Below are positions 1-9,336 of a DNA stretch of 64,000 nucleotides, in pieces. Every line of letters starts with the position of its first letter. Position 1 is the first letter of the stretch. Position numbers and translations under genes: made by a program. The DNA is taken from positions 448,001 through 512,000 of the forward strand of contig OZ245006.1 in the NCBI GenBank assembly GCA_965223545.1. The letters run 5' to 3'. Under the pieces are notes generated by a model. That model was not told the origin of the DNA, searched no databases, and worked only from the letters and a program-made list of their open reading frames with translations. This DNA is from Planctomycetota bacterium (GTDB lineage: Bacteria > Planctomycetota > UBA1135 > UBA2386).

Positions 1-121
1 CCTCGCCCATCACCCGCTGGCGGCCGGTCGCGAACAGGATGCGCTCGGTCAGCGTCGTCTTGCCCGCGTTGATGTGGGCGACGATGCCGAAGTTGCGCAG
101 CTGGGACTCGGCCTTGGACAC
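1..121 (-). CDS. fusA: Elongation factor G (EF-G family GTPase), 5' end only; runs off the window
   Basis: Not in the ORF track. Manual translation from GTG at 121 gives [40 protein letters not shown], the EF-G G1 region. It lies directly downstream of rpsG as in the str operon. Confidence 0.85.
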   Translation of the reverse strand, partial: MSKAESQLRNFGIVAHINAGKTTLTERILFATGRQRVMGE

Positions 122-204
122 GCGCCCACCATAAGTCGTCCGGGCCGGCGGGCCACGCCTCGAGGGCGGCGCAAGCGATGGCGGCTACATCGACGCTCGC
201 GCCC

Positions 205-240
205 CGACGGCGAGCATCACGGCGGCGAGCATCACGACGG
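205..240. repeat. Short tandem repeat, about 2.4 copies of a 15-nt unit (CGRCGGCGAGCATCA), between rpsG and fusA
   Basis: Sequence cgacggcgagcatca-cggcggcgagcatca-cgacgg. Confidence 0.7.
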
Positions 241-246
241 GGCCTG

Positions 247-717
247 CTACCAGGCGAAGTGGCTGTAGGCGCTGTTGGCCTCGGCCATCTTGTGCACGTT
301 CTCTTTCTTGGTGACCGCCGCGCCCTGGTTGTTGAACGCGTCGAACATCTCGTCGGCGAGCCGCTTCGCCATCGGCTTGCCGCGCTTGGCGCGGGCGGCG
401 TCGACCAGCCAGCGGATCGCCAAGCTCTGCTGGCGACGCTTGCTGACCTCGCGCGGCACCTGATAGGTGGCGCCGCCGACCCGCTTGCTGCGCACCTCCA
501 CCTGCGGCTTCACGTTCTCGATGGCCTTGGTGAAGATCTCGTCCGGCTCGGCCTGGACGCGCTTGGCGACCGAGTCGACCGCCTCGTAGAAGATGCGCTG
601 GGCGGTGGTCTTCTTACCGCCCCACATGATCTTGTTGATGATCTTCGAGGCCAGCTTGGAACCGAACCTCGGGTCCGGCCGGAGATGGACTTCGGTCGAC
701 TTGTAGGAACGCGGCAT
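247..717 (-). CDS. rpsG: 30S ribosomal protein S7
   Basis: EVRSKRVGGATYQVP and HKMAEANSAYSHF motifs; 156 aa; follows rpsL. Confidence 0.99.
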   Translation of the reverse strand: MPRSYKSTEVHLRPDPRFGSKLASKIINKIMWGGKKTTAQRIFYEAVDSVAKRVQAEPDEIFTKAIENVKPQVEVRSKRVGGATYQVPREVSKRRQQSLAIRWLVDAARAKRGKPMAKRLADEMFDAFNNQGAAVTKKENVHKMAEANSAYSHFAW

Positions 718-756
718 GGGTCTGTTGCGGCTCGGTTGCCTGGACTCGCGGGCGCC

Positions 757-1131
757 TTACTGCTTGGGCCGTTTGGTGCCGTACTTGGAGCGCGAACGCC
801 GCCGCTCATCGACGCCGGAGGCGTCGAGGCAGCCGCGCAGCACGTGATAGCGCACGCCGGGCAGATCGCGCACGCGGCCACCGCGAATCAACACGATCGA
901 GTGCTCCTGCAGGTTGTGCCCCTCGCCCGGGATGTAGACCGTGACTTCCTTGTTGTTGCTCAGCCGGACGCGCGCGATCTTGCGCAGCGCCGAGTTCGGC
1001 TTCTTCGGCGTCATGGTCTTGACCTGCAAGCAGACGCCCCGCCGCTGCGGGCAGCGGTCGAGCACGGGCGCCTTGCTCTTGGCCTTGATCTTTTTGCGTC
1101 CGTTGCGGACGAGCTGATTGATCGTGGGCAT
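757..1131 (-). CDS. rpsL: 30S ribosomal protein S12
   Basis: MPTINQLVR start, [28 protein letters not shown]. Confidence 0.99.
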   Translation of the reverse strand: MPTINQLVRNGRKKIKAKSKAPVLDRCPQRRGVCLQVKTMTPKKPNSALRKIARVRLSNNKEVTVYIPGEGHNLQEHSIVLIRGGRVRDLPGVRYHVLRGCLDASGVDERRRSRSKYGTKRPKQ

Positions 1132-1265
1132 GCGTGTCTTGTCGACGCCGCAGAGCCGCCGCGGCGCAAATGGAGGGCGGGGAGTTTAGGCACGCGCAGG
1201 GCGAATGCAAGCCCGGCCCCGCCGCCAAATGCAAGAGATTGCCGCCGCCGGCGGCCGGCGCGCGG

Positions 1266-4200
1266 TCAGCGGTTCGACCACACCTGGTTCGGGCACGCGG
1301 TCCCGGCCGCGGCCGCGATCAACAGGTCCAGATCGCCATCGCGATCCAGGTCGCCCGCGGTCGGGTCGTCGAGGAAGCCCAAGCAGCTGAGCGTGAAGCG
1401 CTGCTGGCCGGCGCGGCTGGTCTCGATCAGGGTCAGCCCCGACAAGCGGACCGTCGCGGCGACGTCGGGGCGCCCATCCTGGTCGAAATCGCCGACCACC
1501 AGGCCGTCGAACGGCTCCGCGCTGAGCAGCGGCGCGCTCGGCGGAGTGAGCCCACCCAGCACGTCGCTGGTCCACACCTCGACCGACTGGGTGAAGGGAT
1601 GCGCCGCGACCACGTCGAGGCGGCCGTCGCGGTCGAAGTCGACCACCGCGACCGCGGCGGTGAGCTGGCCGGAATAGGAGCGCGGCAGCAGGCCGCTGCC
1701 GGTGCCATCGTTGATCCAAACCTGGAAGGATGCGCCGGTGCCCGCGACCACGTCGATGTCGCCATCGCCGTCGAGATCGCCGGTGGAGACGTCCAGGATG
1801 TTGTCCAGGCTGAGCTGCACCGCGGTGGAGTAGCTCGCCGGCTGGCCCGCCGCGGCGTCGTTGAGGGCGACCGCCAGGCCCTGGTCGGTGCCGAGGACCA
1901 CGTCGACCGCGCCGTCCGCGTCGAGGTCGGCCAACGCCAGCGCCACCGTCGCGCCGCTCAGGTTGGCGAAGCGGTACTCGGTCGGCGTCGACAGTGGCCC
2001 CAGCGGGCCCCGCCAAACCGCGAAGCCGGCGTCGACCGTCGGCGCTCCGGCGAGCGCGGTGACCGCGTCGAGCACTCCGTCCGGATCCAGATCCGCCAGC
2101 GACACGCTGGCCATGTCGGCGGGACCACTCAGGTCTTGGCCATTCGGGAAGGACCCCGGCACGGTGGGATCGTTGGCCCACAGCGTCAATGTGCCGAGTC
2201 CGACCGGCGGCCGGCGCAGGGCGACCGCGTCGAGCAGGCCGTCGGCGTTGATGTCGCCGATGGCGATCGCGTCCGATCCGGTCCCCGGGTTGTTGGGCGA
2301 CTCGACCAAGGCGAAGTCGCCGCGCACCGAGGCCACCGTGCCCTCGTAGAGGGCGTTGCCGCCGACCTGCGCGACGAAGACGTCGAGGTCGCCGTCGCGG
2401 TCGAAGTCGGCCGCCGCAGCGACACCACTGGCGAGCGCTTGGTCGCTGTCGAACATGACGCCGCCGAGGTTGAGCCACAGCCGTCCGGCACCGCCCTCGA
2501 CCCCCTCGACCACGTCGAGGTCGCCATCGAGATCGACGTCGCCGACAGCCATCGAAACCGTCGCCGCCGGCTCGCCGACGAAGCCGCGCGCCGACGGCAC
2601 TCCCGCGCCGTCGAACGCCCAGATGCGGTTGGCCTGGCCACGGTTGCCCTCGACCACGTCGGGGGCGCCATCGCCATCGACGTCGCCGATCGCGACCGAG
2701 ACCGTGTCGGCGTCGAGCGAGCCCAAACGCCCGCTGTCGACGAGTGCGACCGGACTGTAACCACCGGGGGCCGCCACCCAGACCCGACTCGGCCGACCCG
2801 GGCCGTTGCCGGCGATCACCTCGGGCCGCCCGTCGGCGTTGAGGTCGGCGATCACCAGCGCGGCGGTGGCATCGCCGACGCCGGTGCTGGCGGCATCGTC
2901 GAAGGGCACCGCGGAGGCGGCGAACGCGCCGCCGCCGCGGCTGGCCCACAGCAGGTTGGCAGTGCCGGCGCCGGTGCCCACCAGCACGTCCGGCCAACCA
3001 TCACCAGTGACGTCGCCGTGCGCCAGCGCGAGCACATCGGCGGTCGGCAACGACACGTCCGGCTGCGGGCCGAACCCGGCCAAGCCCTGCCACCAGATCT
3101 CGATCGCGCCCGTGCTCCGGTTCGCGGTCAACAGGTCGGGCCGCCCGTTGCGGTCGAGGTCGCCGACGGCGATCGCGACGATCTCGCCGGTGCCGATCTG
3201 CGCCCGCGCCGGCACCGGCGCGCCGAGGTCGAGGCTGAGCTCGACGCCGTCGGCGGCGGTCCCCGCCACCGCGTCGACGGCGCCGTCCAGGTTGATGTCC
3301 GCCAGCACGACCACGCGGCTGTCGGCCGTACTGGTGTCGGTGCCGACCAGTCCCAGGCCGGCGTGGATGTCGACCGACGCCGACGGCCGTGCCGTGCGCT
3401 GCCCGTTGATCGAGCGCACGCCAGTCTGGCCATCGCCGACATCGACCCCGGTGGCGGCGTTGGCGCCCCCGCCGGGCAGATGGTCCTGGCGTGCCACCAG
3501 TCGCGGGGCGACCCCCAGCACGACGCTGATCTCATCGACCCCGGGCCCCTCGACGACCGTCGCACCGGCGCCGAAGCTCGGTGCCGGACCCGTCGACGGC
3601 TGCGGCCACAGCAAGAAGTCACCGGCCACCACCCCGGGGTTGATCACCATCGGCCGGTCGAAGCGCACGACCAGGGTGTCGCCGGCGCCGATCGCCCCGT
3701 CGCCGTCGCGATCACGCAGTCGCGCGCGCTCGACCACGGCAGGCTCGGCCCGCGCGATGCGATACACCGTGAGCGTACGCCGATCGGTGGCGCCGCGGTC
3801 GTCGGTGACCACGATCTCCAGGGTCGTGTAGCGCCCGGGCGGAGCCTGCCGGTAGGGCACGCGCAGCCGCGCTCCACTCGCCTTGGCCGGCGGTACCAAG
3901 CCCGCCGCGGCGGCGATGTTGCGGCCGCCCGGGTTGGTCACCACCCAACTCAGGGGGTCGCCGTCGGGATCGTCGGCGACGATGTCGATGTTGCCGGAGC
4001 CGCCCGCGATCACCTCGAGCGACAGGTCCGGTTCGGTGCCGAACGCGCCGAACGGAGCGGCGATGGTCGGTGGGCGGTTGACGGCGCGCGGCGTCGCGAC
4101 CTCGACCACGTTGCTGTAGGCGGAGTTGCCGTTGCCGTTGAACGCCCGCACGCGGTAGCGATAGGTGGTGTCGTCGTTCAAGCCCGTGTCGGTGAGCCGG

Positions 4201-4466
4201 GTGCTGCCGGCCGCGAGCTGTCGGATCTGCCCGAACGCGCCGCCGACGACCGCCCGCTCGACCCGGTAGCCGTCCTCGTCGGCGGCGTTGTCGGCCCAGC
4301 GCAGCTCCACAGTGTCCGGTGCCGTCGCCTGCGCCGACAGACCACTGGGCCCCACCGGGGCAACGGGCGGCGGGCCGCCACCACCCCCACTGCTGCACGC
4401 GCCGACGATGAGGGCCACTGACGCCGCCACGGCGGCGCGCAAGACGGGGCTACTACGATGCTTCAC
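1266..4466 (-). CDS. Large lipoprotein with fibronectin type III domain and many FG-GAP/VCBS repeats
   Basis: Probable GTG start at 4466 with lipobox LIVGA-C; FN3 (LRWADNAADEDGYRVER...YRYRVRAFN); more than 10 DxDxDGxxD repeats. Confidence 0.85.
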   Translation of the reverse strand: MKHRSSPVLRAAVAASVALIVGACSSGGGGGPPPVAPVGPSGLSAQATAPDTVELRWADNAADEDGYRVERAVVGGAFGQIRQLAAGSTRLTDTGLNDDTTYRYRVRAFNGNGNSAYSNVVEVATPRAVNRPPTIAAPFGAFGTEPDLSLEVIAGGSGNIDIVADDPDGDPLSWVVTNPGGRNIAAAAGLVPPAKASGARLRVPYRQAPPGRYTTLEIVVTDDRGATDRRTLTVYRIARAEPAVVERARLRDRDGDGAIGAGDTLVVRFDRPMVINPGVVAGDFLLWPQPSTGPAPSFGAGATVVEGPGVDEISVVLGVAPRLVARQDHLPGGGANAATGVDVGDGQTGVRSINGQRTARPSASVDIHAGLGLVGTDTSTADSRVVVLADINLDGAVDAVAGTAADGVELSLDLGAPVPARAQIGTGEIVAIAVGDLDRNGRPDLLTANRSTGAIEIWWQGLAGFGPQPDVSLPTADVLALAHGDVTGDGWPDVLVGTGAGTANLLWASRGGGAFAASAVPFDDAASTGVGDATAALVIADLNADGRPEVIAGNGPGRPSRVWVAAPGGYSPVALVDSGRLGSLDADTVSVAIGDVDGDGAPDVVEGNRGQANRIWAFDGAGVPSARGFVGEPAATVSMAVGDVDLDGDLDVVEGVEGGAGRLWLNLGGVMFDSDQALASGVAAAADFDRDGDLDVFVAQVGGNALYEGTVASVRGDFALVESPNNPGTGSDAIAIGDINADGLLDAVALRRPPVGLGTLTLWANDPTVPGSFPNGQDLSGPADMASVSLADLDPDGVLDAVTALAGAPTVDAGFAVWRGPLGPLSTPTEYRFANLSGATVALALADLDADGAVDVVLGTDQGLAVALNDAAAGQPASYSTAVQLSLDNILDVSTGDLDGDGDIDVVAGTGASFQVWINDGTGSGLLPRSYSGQLTAAVAVVDFDRDGRLDVVAAHPFTQSVEVWTSDVLGGLTPPSAPLLSAEPFDGLVVGDFDQDGRPDVAATVRLSGLTLIETSRAGQQRFTLSCLGFLDDPTAGDLDRDGDLDLLIAAAAGTACPNQVWSNR

Positions 4467-4688
4467 TTTGGCCTGCTCCGGTCCATGACCAGGGCGCTCG
4501 AGCCGGATCCCCCCGGCGACGCCTGAACGAGTCTCGAGGCGCGAGCTGCAGCGACTCGGTCGCCGGATTGCCGCCCACACCGCCGGCGCCGATTCTCGGC
4601 GACGGAGGCCCTGCGGCGCCAGTCCGCATTTCACACCAGCTCGCACGGCGCCCTTTACCGAGGCCCCGTGTCCCCTTGACGGAGAAGC

Positions 4689-6074
4689 CTACCCCACCGC
4701 CGGGGCGGGCGCGGCGGCAGGCCGCCGAACGACCGCGGCAAAGAAGCCGTCGCTGCCGTGCACGTGCGGGAACATGGCCAAGTAGCGGCCGCTGCCATCG
4801 GCAACCGGCCGGCCACGGGTGCCGCCGAGCACCTCGACCACCGGCACCAGGCGCAGCTCGGGACGGCGCGCGAGCAGCTCCTCGACGACCTGCTCGTTCT
4901 CCTCGGCAAGCACGGTACAGGTGGCGTAGACCAGCCGGGCGCCGGGCCGCAGCGCGGCCGCGGCCCGGGCCAACAGGGCGCGCTGAATCTCCGCCAGGCG
5001 GCGCAGCTCGGCCTCGGTGGCGCGGGCCCGCATCTCCGGATGGCGGCGCAGTGCGCCGAAACCGCTGCACGGCACGTCGAGCAACAGCCGGTCGGCGCGG
5101 GCGGCGAACGCGGCCACCTCCGCCGGCCATTCGCCAGCTCCAACGGCCAGCGCGCGGACGTTGTGCGCGCCCGCCCGCCGGGCGCGGCGCCGCAGCTCGG
5201 CCAGTCGACCCGCATCGGCATCGACCGCCAGCACTTCACCGCGGTTGCCCAGCAGCGCCGACAGCGCCAGGGTCTTGCCGCCGGCTCCGGCACAGACGTC
5301 GAGCACGGTCCCGCCGGGCGGCGGCGCCACCAGCTCGGCGACCAGCTGGCTCGCCTCGTCCTGCATTTCGAACCAACCGTCGGCGAAGGCGGGATGGCGA
5401 AACAGCTGCGCCGGCGTCCGCACCACCAGCCCTGCCGCCGCGTGTGCGGTCGGGGTGGTCTCGATGCCATCGGCGAGCAGCCGCTGCGCCAGCGACGCGC
5501 GGCTCGCGCGGAGCGCGTTGGCGCGCAGGGTGACCGGCGCGCGCGCGGTCAGCGCTTCGACCAACGGCTCGGCCTCGTCGCCGTACTGCGCGACCAACCG
5601 CCGAGCCAACCAGGGTGGCAGCGCGCCGACGAGCGCGAGCCGCTCGACCGGATCGCCGTGCTGGCGCACCTCGGCCCGCAGCCCCGCCACCCGCGGCCAA
5701 TCGATCCACGGCACCGTGAAGGCCGCCTCGGCCGCCGCCAGGTCGCCGACCAGCACCCGCGCCATCAGCACGCGCACCGGGTCGCGCAGCGCCGGGACCA
5801 CGCTGCCCGCGGGCGTCGCGCAGCACACGGCGTGGTCGAGCAGGGCCGCGTTGGCGAGCACGTGGTGCAGGCGCTCGACGATCCGCTTCTGCTGGCGCGG
5901 CCGCAACCCTTCGCCGCGAAACAGGTCGCGCACCAACACCGACGGCGGCGCCGACGAGCGCCGCGTCCGCGCCAGCAGCTCGACCACGTAGCGGTCGGCC
6001 GTGTCCAGCGGCACCGGGCTCGCCGGCGCCACCCGCGCCGCCACTTGCCGGCGCCACCGCTTGCCACGCGCCAC
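4689..6074 (-). CDS. RsmB/NOP (Fmu/Sun) family SAM-dependent RNA m5C methyltransferase
   Basis: QDEASQL, VLDVCAGAGGKT, LLDVPCSG, LVYATCT..EENE motifs. Confidence 0.92.
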   Translation of the reverse strand: MARGKRWRRQVAARVAPASPVPLDTADRYVVELLARTRRSSAPPSVLVRDLFRGEGLRPRQQKRIVERLHHVLANAALLDHAVCCATPAGSVVPALRDPVRVLMARVLVGDLAAAEAAFTVPWIDWPRVAGLRAEVRQHGDPVERLALVGALPPWLARRLVAQYGDEAEPLVEALTARAPVTLRANALRASRASLAQRLLADGIETTPTAHAAAGLVVRTPAQLFRHPAFADGWFEMQDEASQLVAELVAPPPGGTVLDVCAGAGGKTLALSALLGNRGEVLAVDADAGRLAELRRRARRAGAHNVRALAVGAGEWPAEVAAFAARADRLLLDVPCSGFGALRRHPEMRARATEAELRRLAEIQRALLARAAAALRPGARLVYATCTVLAEENEQVVEELLARRPELRLVPVVEVLGGTRGRPVADGSGRYLAMFPHVHGSDGFFAAVVRRPAAAPAPAVG

Positions 6075-6090
6075 GATGACGCCCCTAGGC

Positions 6091-7311
6091 CTAGCGCGCC
6101 CGCACCCGCACGGTTTCGCCGACCCAGCTCATCGCGCCGCGCAGCTCGTCGTAGTCCGGCATCCGCAGCCGCATCCACGCATTCGCCATGTAGCCGCCGG
6201 AAACGGGCTGGGTGGCGGAGCCGGGCGGCGGCAAGTGCATGTCCAACAAGGCGCCACCGAGCCGCTGGCGGACCGCGTCGACTCCCTCGTAGCCGGTGAT
6301 CACGCCGTCGCACTCCGGCCGCAGCGCGATCATGCCGGCGGCGTAACGCCGCGACGCCACCGTCTCCGTCTGCTCGTGCACCAGCAGCCGTGCCCACTCG
6401 ACGTACAGATCCATGTCGTTGGCGGCACCGTACAGATCCCAGACCCGCACGCCCGGCGGCCGGCATCCGATCTCCGAGAACACCAAACCCTTGTCGCCGA
6501 AGAACCACTCCATGTGCGTCGCCGAAGTGTGCACGCCGAGCACGTCGATGACGCGCTTGCCGAGCTCCCGCACTTCGGCGTAGTGCTCGGCATCCAGGCG
6601 ATTGGTGATCGCGATCTGCGGCGAGATCCACCGCGCGCGCATGGCCTCCAGCACGCCGGGGTAGTAGTGGCTGATGAAGTCGAAGACCACCTCGCCCTTG
6701 CAGCACAGGGTGTCGTAGAACGCCTCGTGGCCCTCGATGAACTCCTCGATGGCAACACTCGCGCCGTGCGCCACGCCGCTCGCCTCGATCGCCGCCGCCA
6801 ACTGCTCGTCGTCGGCGACGCGGTAGGTGCCGGCGGCACCGGCGGCGTCCAGCGGCTTGATGATCAGTGGATAGCCGACCTCGTCGGCGAAGGCGCGCAC
6901 CGCCTCGGCGTCGTCGGCGCCGGTCGACCGCGCGCAGGGCACGCCGGCCTCGCGCAGGGCTTGCTTCATCGCCGGTTTGTCGCGACACAAGTAGGCAGTG
7001 CGCGACGTGGTGCCCGGGATACCGCACGCCTCGCGCACGTGGGCGGCCGCCATGACGTGGGCCTCGACGGTGGCCTCCAGGCGGTCGACCCACTCGCGCG
7101 CCTGCACCCGCCGCACCGCATCCAGCAGGGCCGGCTCGTCGACGACCGACGACACCTGCTCGTATCCGTGCAGGCAGCGCTTGACTTCGGCCGGCAACAC
7201 CGAGGCCGGCTTCTCGCCGATCGCCGTGACCCGGGCGCCCACCGCGGCGAGCGCGCGGACGAACTCGCGCTGGTTGGCGGGAAACGCCGGCTCCAAGAAA
7301 AGCACGTGCAT
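6091..7311 (-). CDS. ATP-grasp domain protein (paralog of 18600 and 19867)
   Basis: ATG at 7311 (MHVLFLEPAFP); RDKPAMK, GYPLIIKP, EEFIEG, THMEWF, EIGCRPPG. Confidence 0.9.
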   Translation of the reverse strand: MHVLFLEPAFPANQREFVRALAAVGARVTAIGEKPASVLPAEVKRCLHGYEQVSSVVDEPALLDAVRRVQAREWVDRLEATVEAHVMAAAHVREACGIPGTTSRTAYLCRDKPAMKQALREAGVPCARSTGADDAEAVRAFADEVGYPLIIKPLDAAGAAGTYRVADDEQLAAAIEASGVAHGASVAIEEFIEGHEAFYDTLCCKGEVVFDFISHYYPGVLEAMRARWISPQIAITNRLDAEHYAEVRELGKRVIDVLGVHTSATHMEWFFGDKGLVFSEIGCRPPGVRVWDLYGAANDMDLYVEWARLLVHEQTETVASRRYAAGMIALRPECDGVITGYEGVDAVRQRLGGALLDMHLPPPGSATQPVSGGYMANAWMRLRMPDYDELRGAMSWVGETVRVRAR

Positions 7312-7419
7312 GGTCGCGGTCGACGATACCGGTCCGCGGCGGCGGGGGGTCTCGCGCGGAGACAATTTCGCCGGCCGGCGCTGCAGGCGACGCCCGCGCG
7401 CTCCGATGAGGCGACGCAG

Positions 7420-7839
7420 ATGGCCGTCGACCGCCTGCGCCCGCGTCTGCCGCTCGCAACCCGCATCTATCTCGCCGGGATCGCCGTGCTGCTGCCGTCG
7501 AGCGCGTGGATGCTGCTGGTCGCCGACACCGAGCACGTCGCCCTTTGGCTGGTGCTGCCGTGCGCCTGGGTGTTCGGCTTCTTCTCGGTGGTGACGCCGC
7601 TGCTGACGGCCTACTGGATCTATCGCGCGCTGCGGCTGGCGCGCGATCCGTCGGCCTTGGTGGAACGTCTGCGCGGCGTTCCCGACGGTGCACTGCGCGA
7701 GCGCGCCATCGCCCTGCTGGCGGGCGAGATGCGCGTGCCGCGGATGCTGGTGCGCCGGCTCTACGAGCGCGCGGAGCCGCGGCTGCGCGCGGCTCTCCAG
7801 AGCCGGACCGAACCGATCGCCGACGCTACGGCACCGTGA
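7420..7839 (+). CDS. Small membrane protein, hypothetical
   Basis: ATG at 7420 (MAVDRLRPRL); two hydrophobic segments; fills the gap between flanking genes. Confidence 0.6.
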   Translation: MAVDRLRPRLPLATRIYLAGIAVLLPSSAWMLLVADTEHVALWLVLPCAWVFGFFSVVTPLLTAYWIYRALRLARDPSALVERLRGVPDGALRERAIALLAGEMRVPRMLVRRLYERAEPRLRAALQSRTEPIADATAP

Positions 7840-9169
7840 CGCGGACCGCGTTCGACAAGTTGCCGACGGCACCGGCGCCCGCCAGCGCCTGCAGGGTCAG
7901 CTCGAAGCCCGACGGCAATCCGGCCAGCGGCAGCTGGCTGTAGAGCGGCGCGGGGCCACTCGCCGCCACCAGCAGAGGCCCGCTCAGATCCAGCATCACC
8001 TGGCCATACGGCTCGAGCAGCGGCCCGTTGCCACCGATGCCGACGATCAAGAACGACGTCAGATTCCCGGGTGCGGAGGTGAGGACCCACGCGCTCGGCA
8101 CCGTGCCGGTCAACACACCGGCGTCGACGTGGGCGTTGCCGAACTCGTAGGCGCCCATGTCGACGCGCATGGCACCGTCGAGGTCACCGTCCAGGCAGCG
8201 CGGCTGGCCGCCGAGCGCGACGCCGCCGGGGCGGGCGCCCGCGTCACCGGCGTCGATGCACGGCGAGCTCGCCCGCAGCGAGAACCCGACCGCGCTGAAG
8301 CGCGGGTCGACGTCGATGTTGCCCGGACCGGCGGCGCCACCCTGCACGTTGCTGAAGGCCACGTCGGTGCCCGACCTGCTGTGGAACGAGTCCAGCTCGC
8401 CGTTGTTCCAGACGATGGAGTGGTGCAGCCGCAGGCCGGTGCCGAAGTTGACGATGACGCCGAACAGCGCCTTGTTTCCGGTGAAGGTGCAGTGCTCGAG
8501 GTCGAGCCCACCGCCGCCGAACTCGGCGACCGCGCCGCCGGAAGCCAACGCGGTGTTGCCGACGAACAGGCTGTTGCGGATCTCCGCCACACTGCCCAAC
8601 CAGCTGAAGAAGCCGCCGCCGTCGTCGGCGGTGTTGTTGTCGAACACGCACTGCTCGATCAGCGGGCTGCCGCCGCTGCCGGCGTAGACGCCGCCGCCCC
8701 AGCAGGCCGCGTTGTTGTCGCGGAACACGCAGCCGCGGATGGTCGGGCTGCAGTCGAGGATGCGGATGCCGCCCCCGTTGAACGGATCCGAGATCGCGCC
8801 CGGCGGGGTGTCGCCGTTGATGATGGTGAAGCCCTCGACCACCGCCTCGCGAGTCTCGCCGTTCTCGAACAAGAAGGCGCGGTACGGCGCACCGGGCGCC
8901 GAGCCGCAGTCGATCGTGCAGCGCTCGGCGCCGCCCGCGCTGCGCACGGTGATCGCCTTGCCGCCGAACGACAGGTCCCGGTTGCCGTCACCGGTGTAGA
9001 CGCCGTTGGCGACGACGACGACGTCGCCCGGCGCGGCCGCGTCGATGGCGGCCTGGATCGTGGCGAACTGCGATGGCACGTGCAGCTCGCCGCCGGCGCG
9101 TGCGACGGGCGCCAGGGTGGCCGCGGCGAGGCCGAGCGGGAGGATCAAGGAGCGAACAGATCGTTGCAT
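7826..9169 (-). CDS. Secreted right-handed parallel beta-helix repeat protein
   Basis: Signal peptide then HVPSQFATIQAAIDAA; repeated F.xN.A..GGG units; SSPCIDAG and DMGAYE motifs. Confidence 0.88.
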   Translation of the reverse strand: MQRSVRSLILPLGLAAATLAPVARAGGELHVPSQFATIQAAIDAAAPGDVVVVANGVYTGDGNRDLSFGGKAITVRSAGGAERCTIDCGSAPGAPYRAFLFENGETREAVVEGFTIINGDTPPGAISDPFNGGGIRILDCSPTIRGCVFRDNNAACWGGGVYAGSGGSPLIEQCVFDNNTADDGGGFFSWLGSVAEIRNSLFVGNTALASGGAVAEFGGGGLDLEHCTFTGNKALFGVIVNFGTGLRLHHSIVWNNGELDSFHSRSGTDVAFSNVQGGAAGPGNIDVDPRFSAVGFSLRASSPCIDAGDAGARPGGVALGGQPRCLDGDLDGAMRVDMGAYEFGNAHVDAGVLTGTVPSAWVLTSAPGNLTSFLIVGIGGNGPLLEPYGQVMLDLSGPLLVAASGPAPLYSQLPLAGLPSGFELTLQALAGAGAVGNLSNAVRVTVP

Positions 9170-9213
9170 GTGTTCTCGTTTTCGAATCGGGGAAGCGAAC
9201 GAGGCTCCGGATG

Positions 9214-9229
9214 AGCAACTCGCGGACCA
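9214..9229 (-). promoter_or_regulatory. Sigma54 (-24/-12) promoter upstream of the beta-helix gene
   Basis: Minus strand reads TGGTCCGCGAGTTGCT, i.e. GG-N10-GC with TTGC, 45 nt before the ATG at 9169 and next to a sigma54 activator gene. Confidence 0.7.
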
Positions 9230-9336
9230 ATCGCGCCGCGGGGCGCGGACGGCGGAAAACGGCGCCGATCGCGTGCGCCAAGCGCACGCGCCGCGCACGC
9301 ATCGCGGACGGCTCGGGGTTGTTCTCTCGCCGTCTC

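Noticed and set aside
205..240. Tandem repeat as a CRISPR remnant
   Set aside because: 15-nt adjacent units, no spacers and no cas genes.
1134..4421. Long antisense or alternative-frame ORFs (e.g. 1134-4421 +, 9073-12576 +, 16397-19039 -, 21622-24417 -, 47186-49984 -, 61463-63922 -)
   Set aside because: They shadow well-supported genes, are Arg/Ala/Pro/Gly-rich without motifs, and are expected in high-GC DNA.
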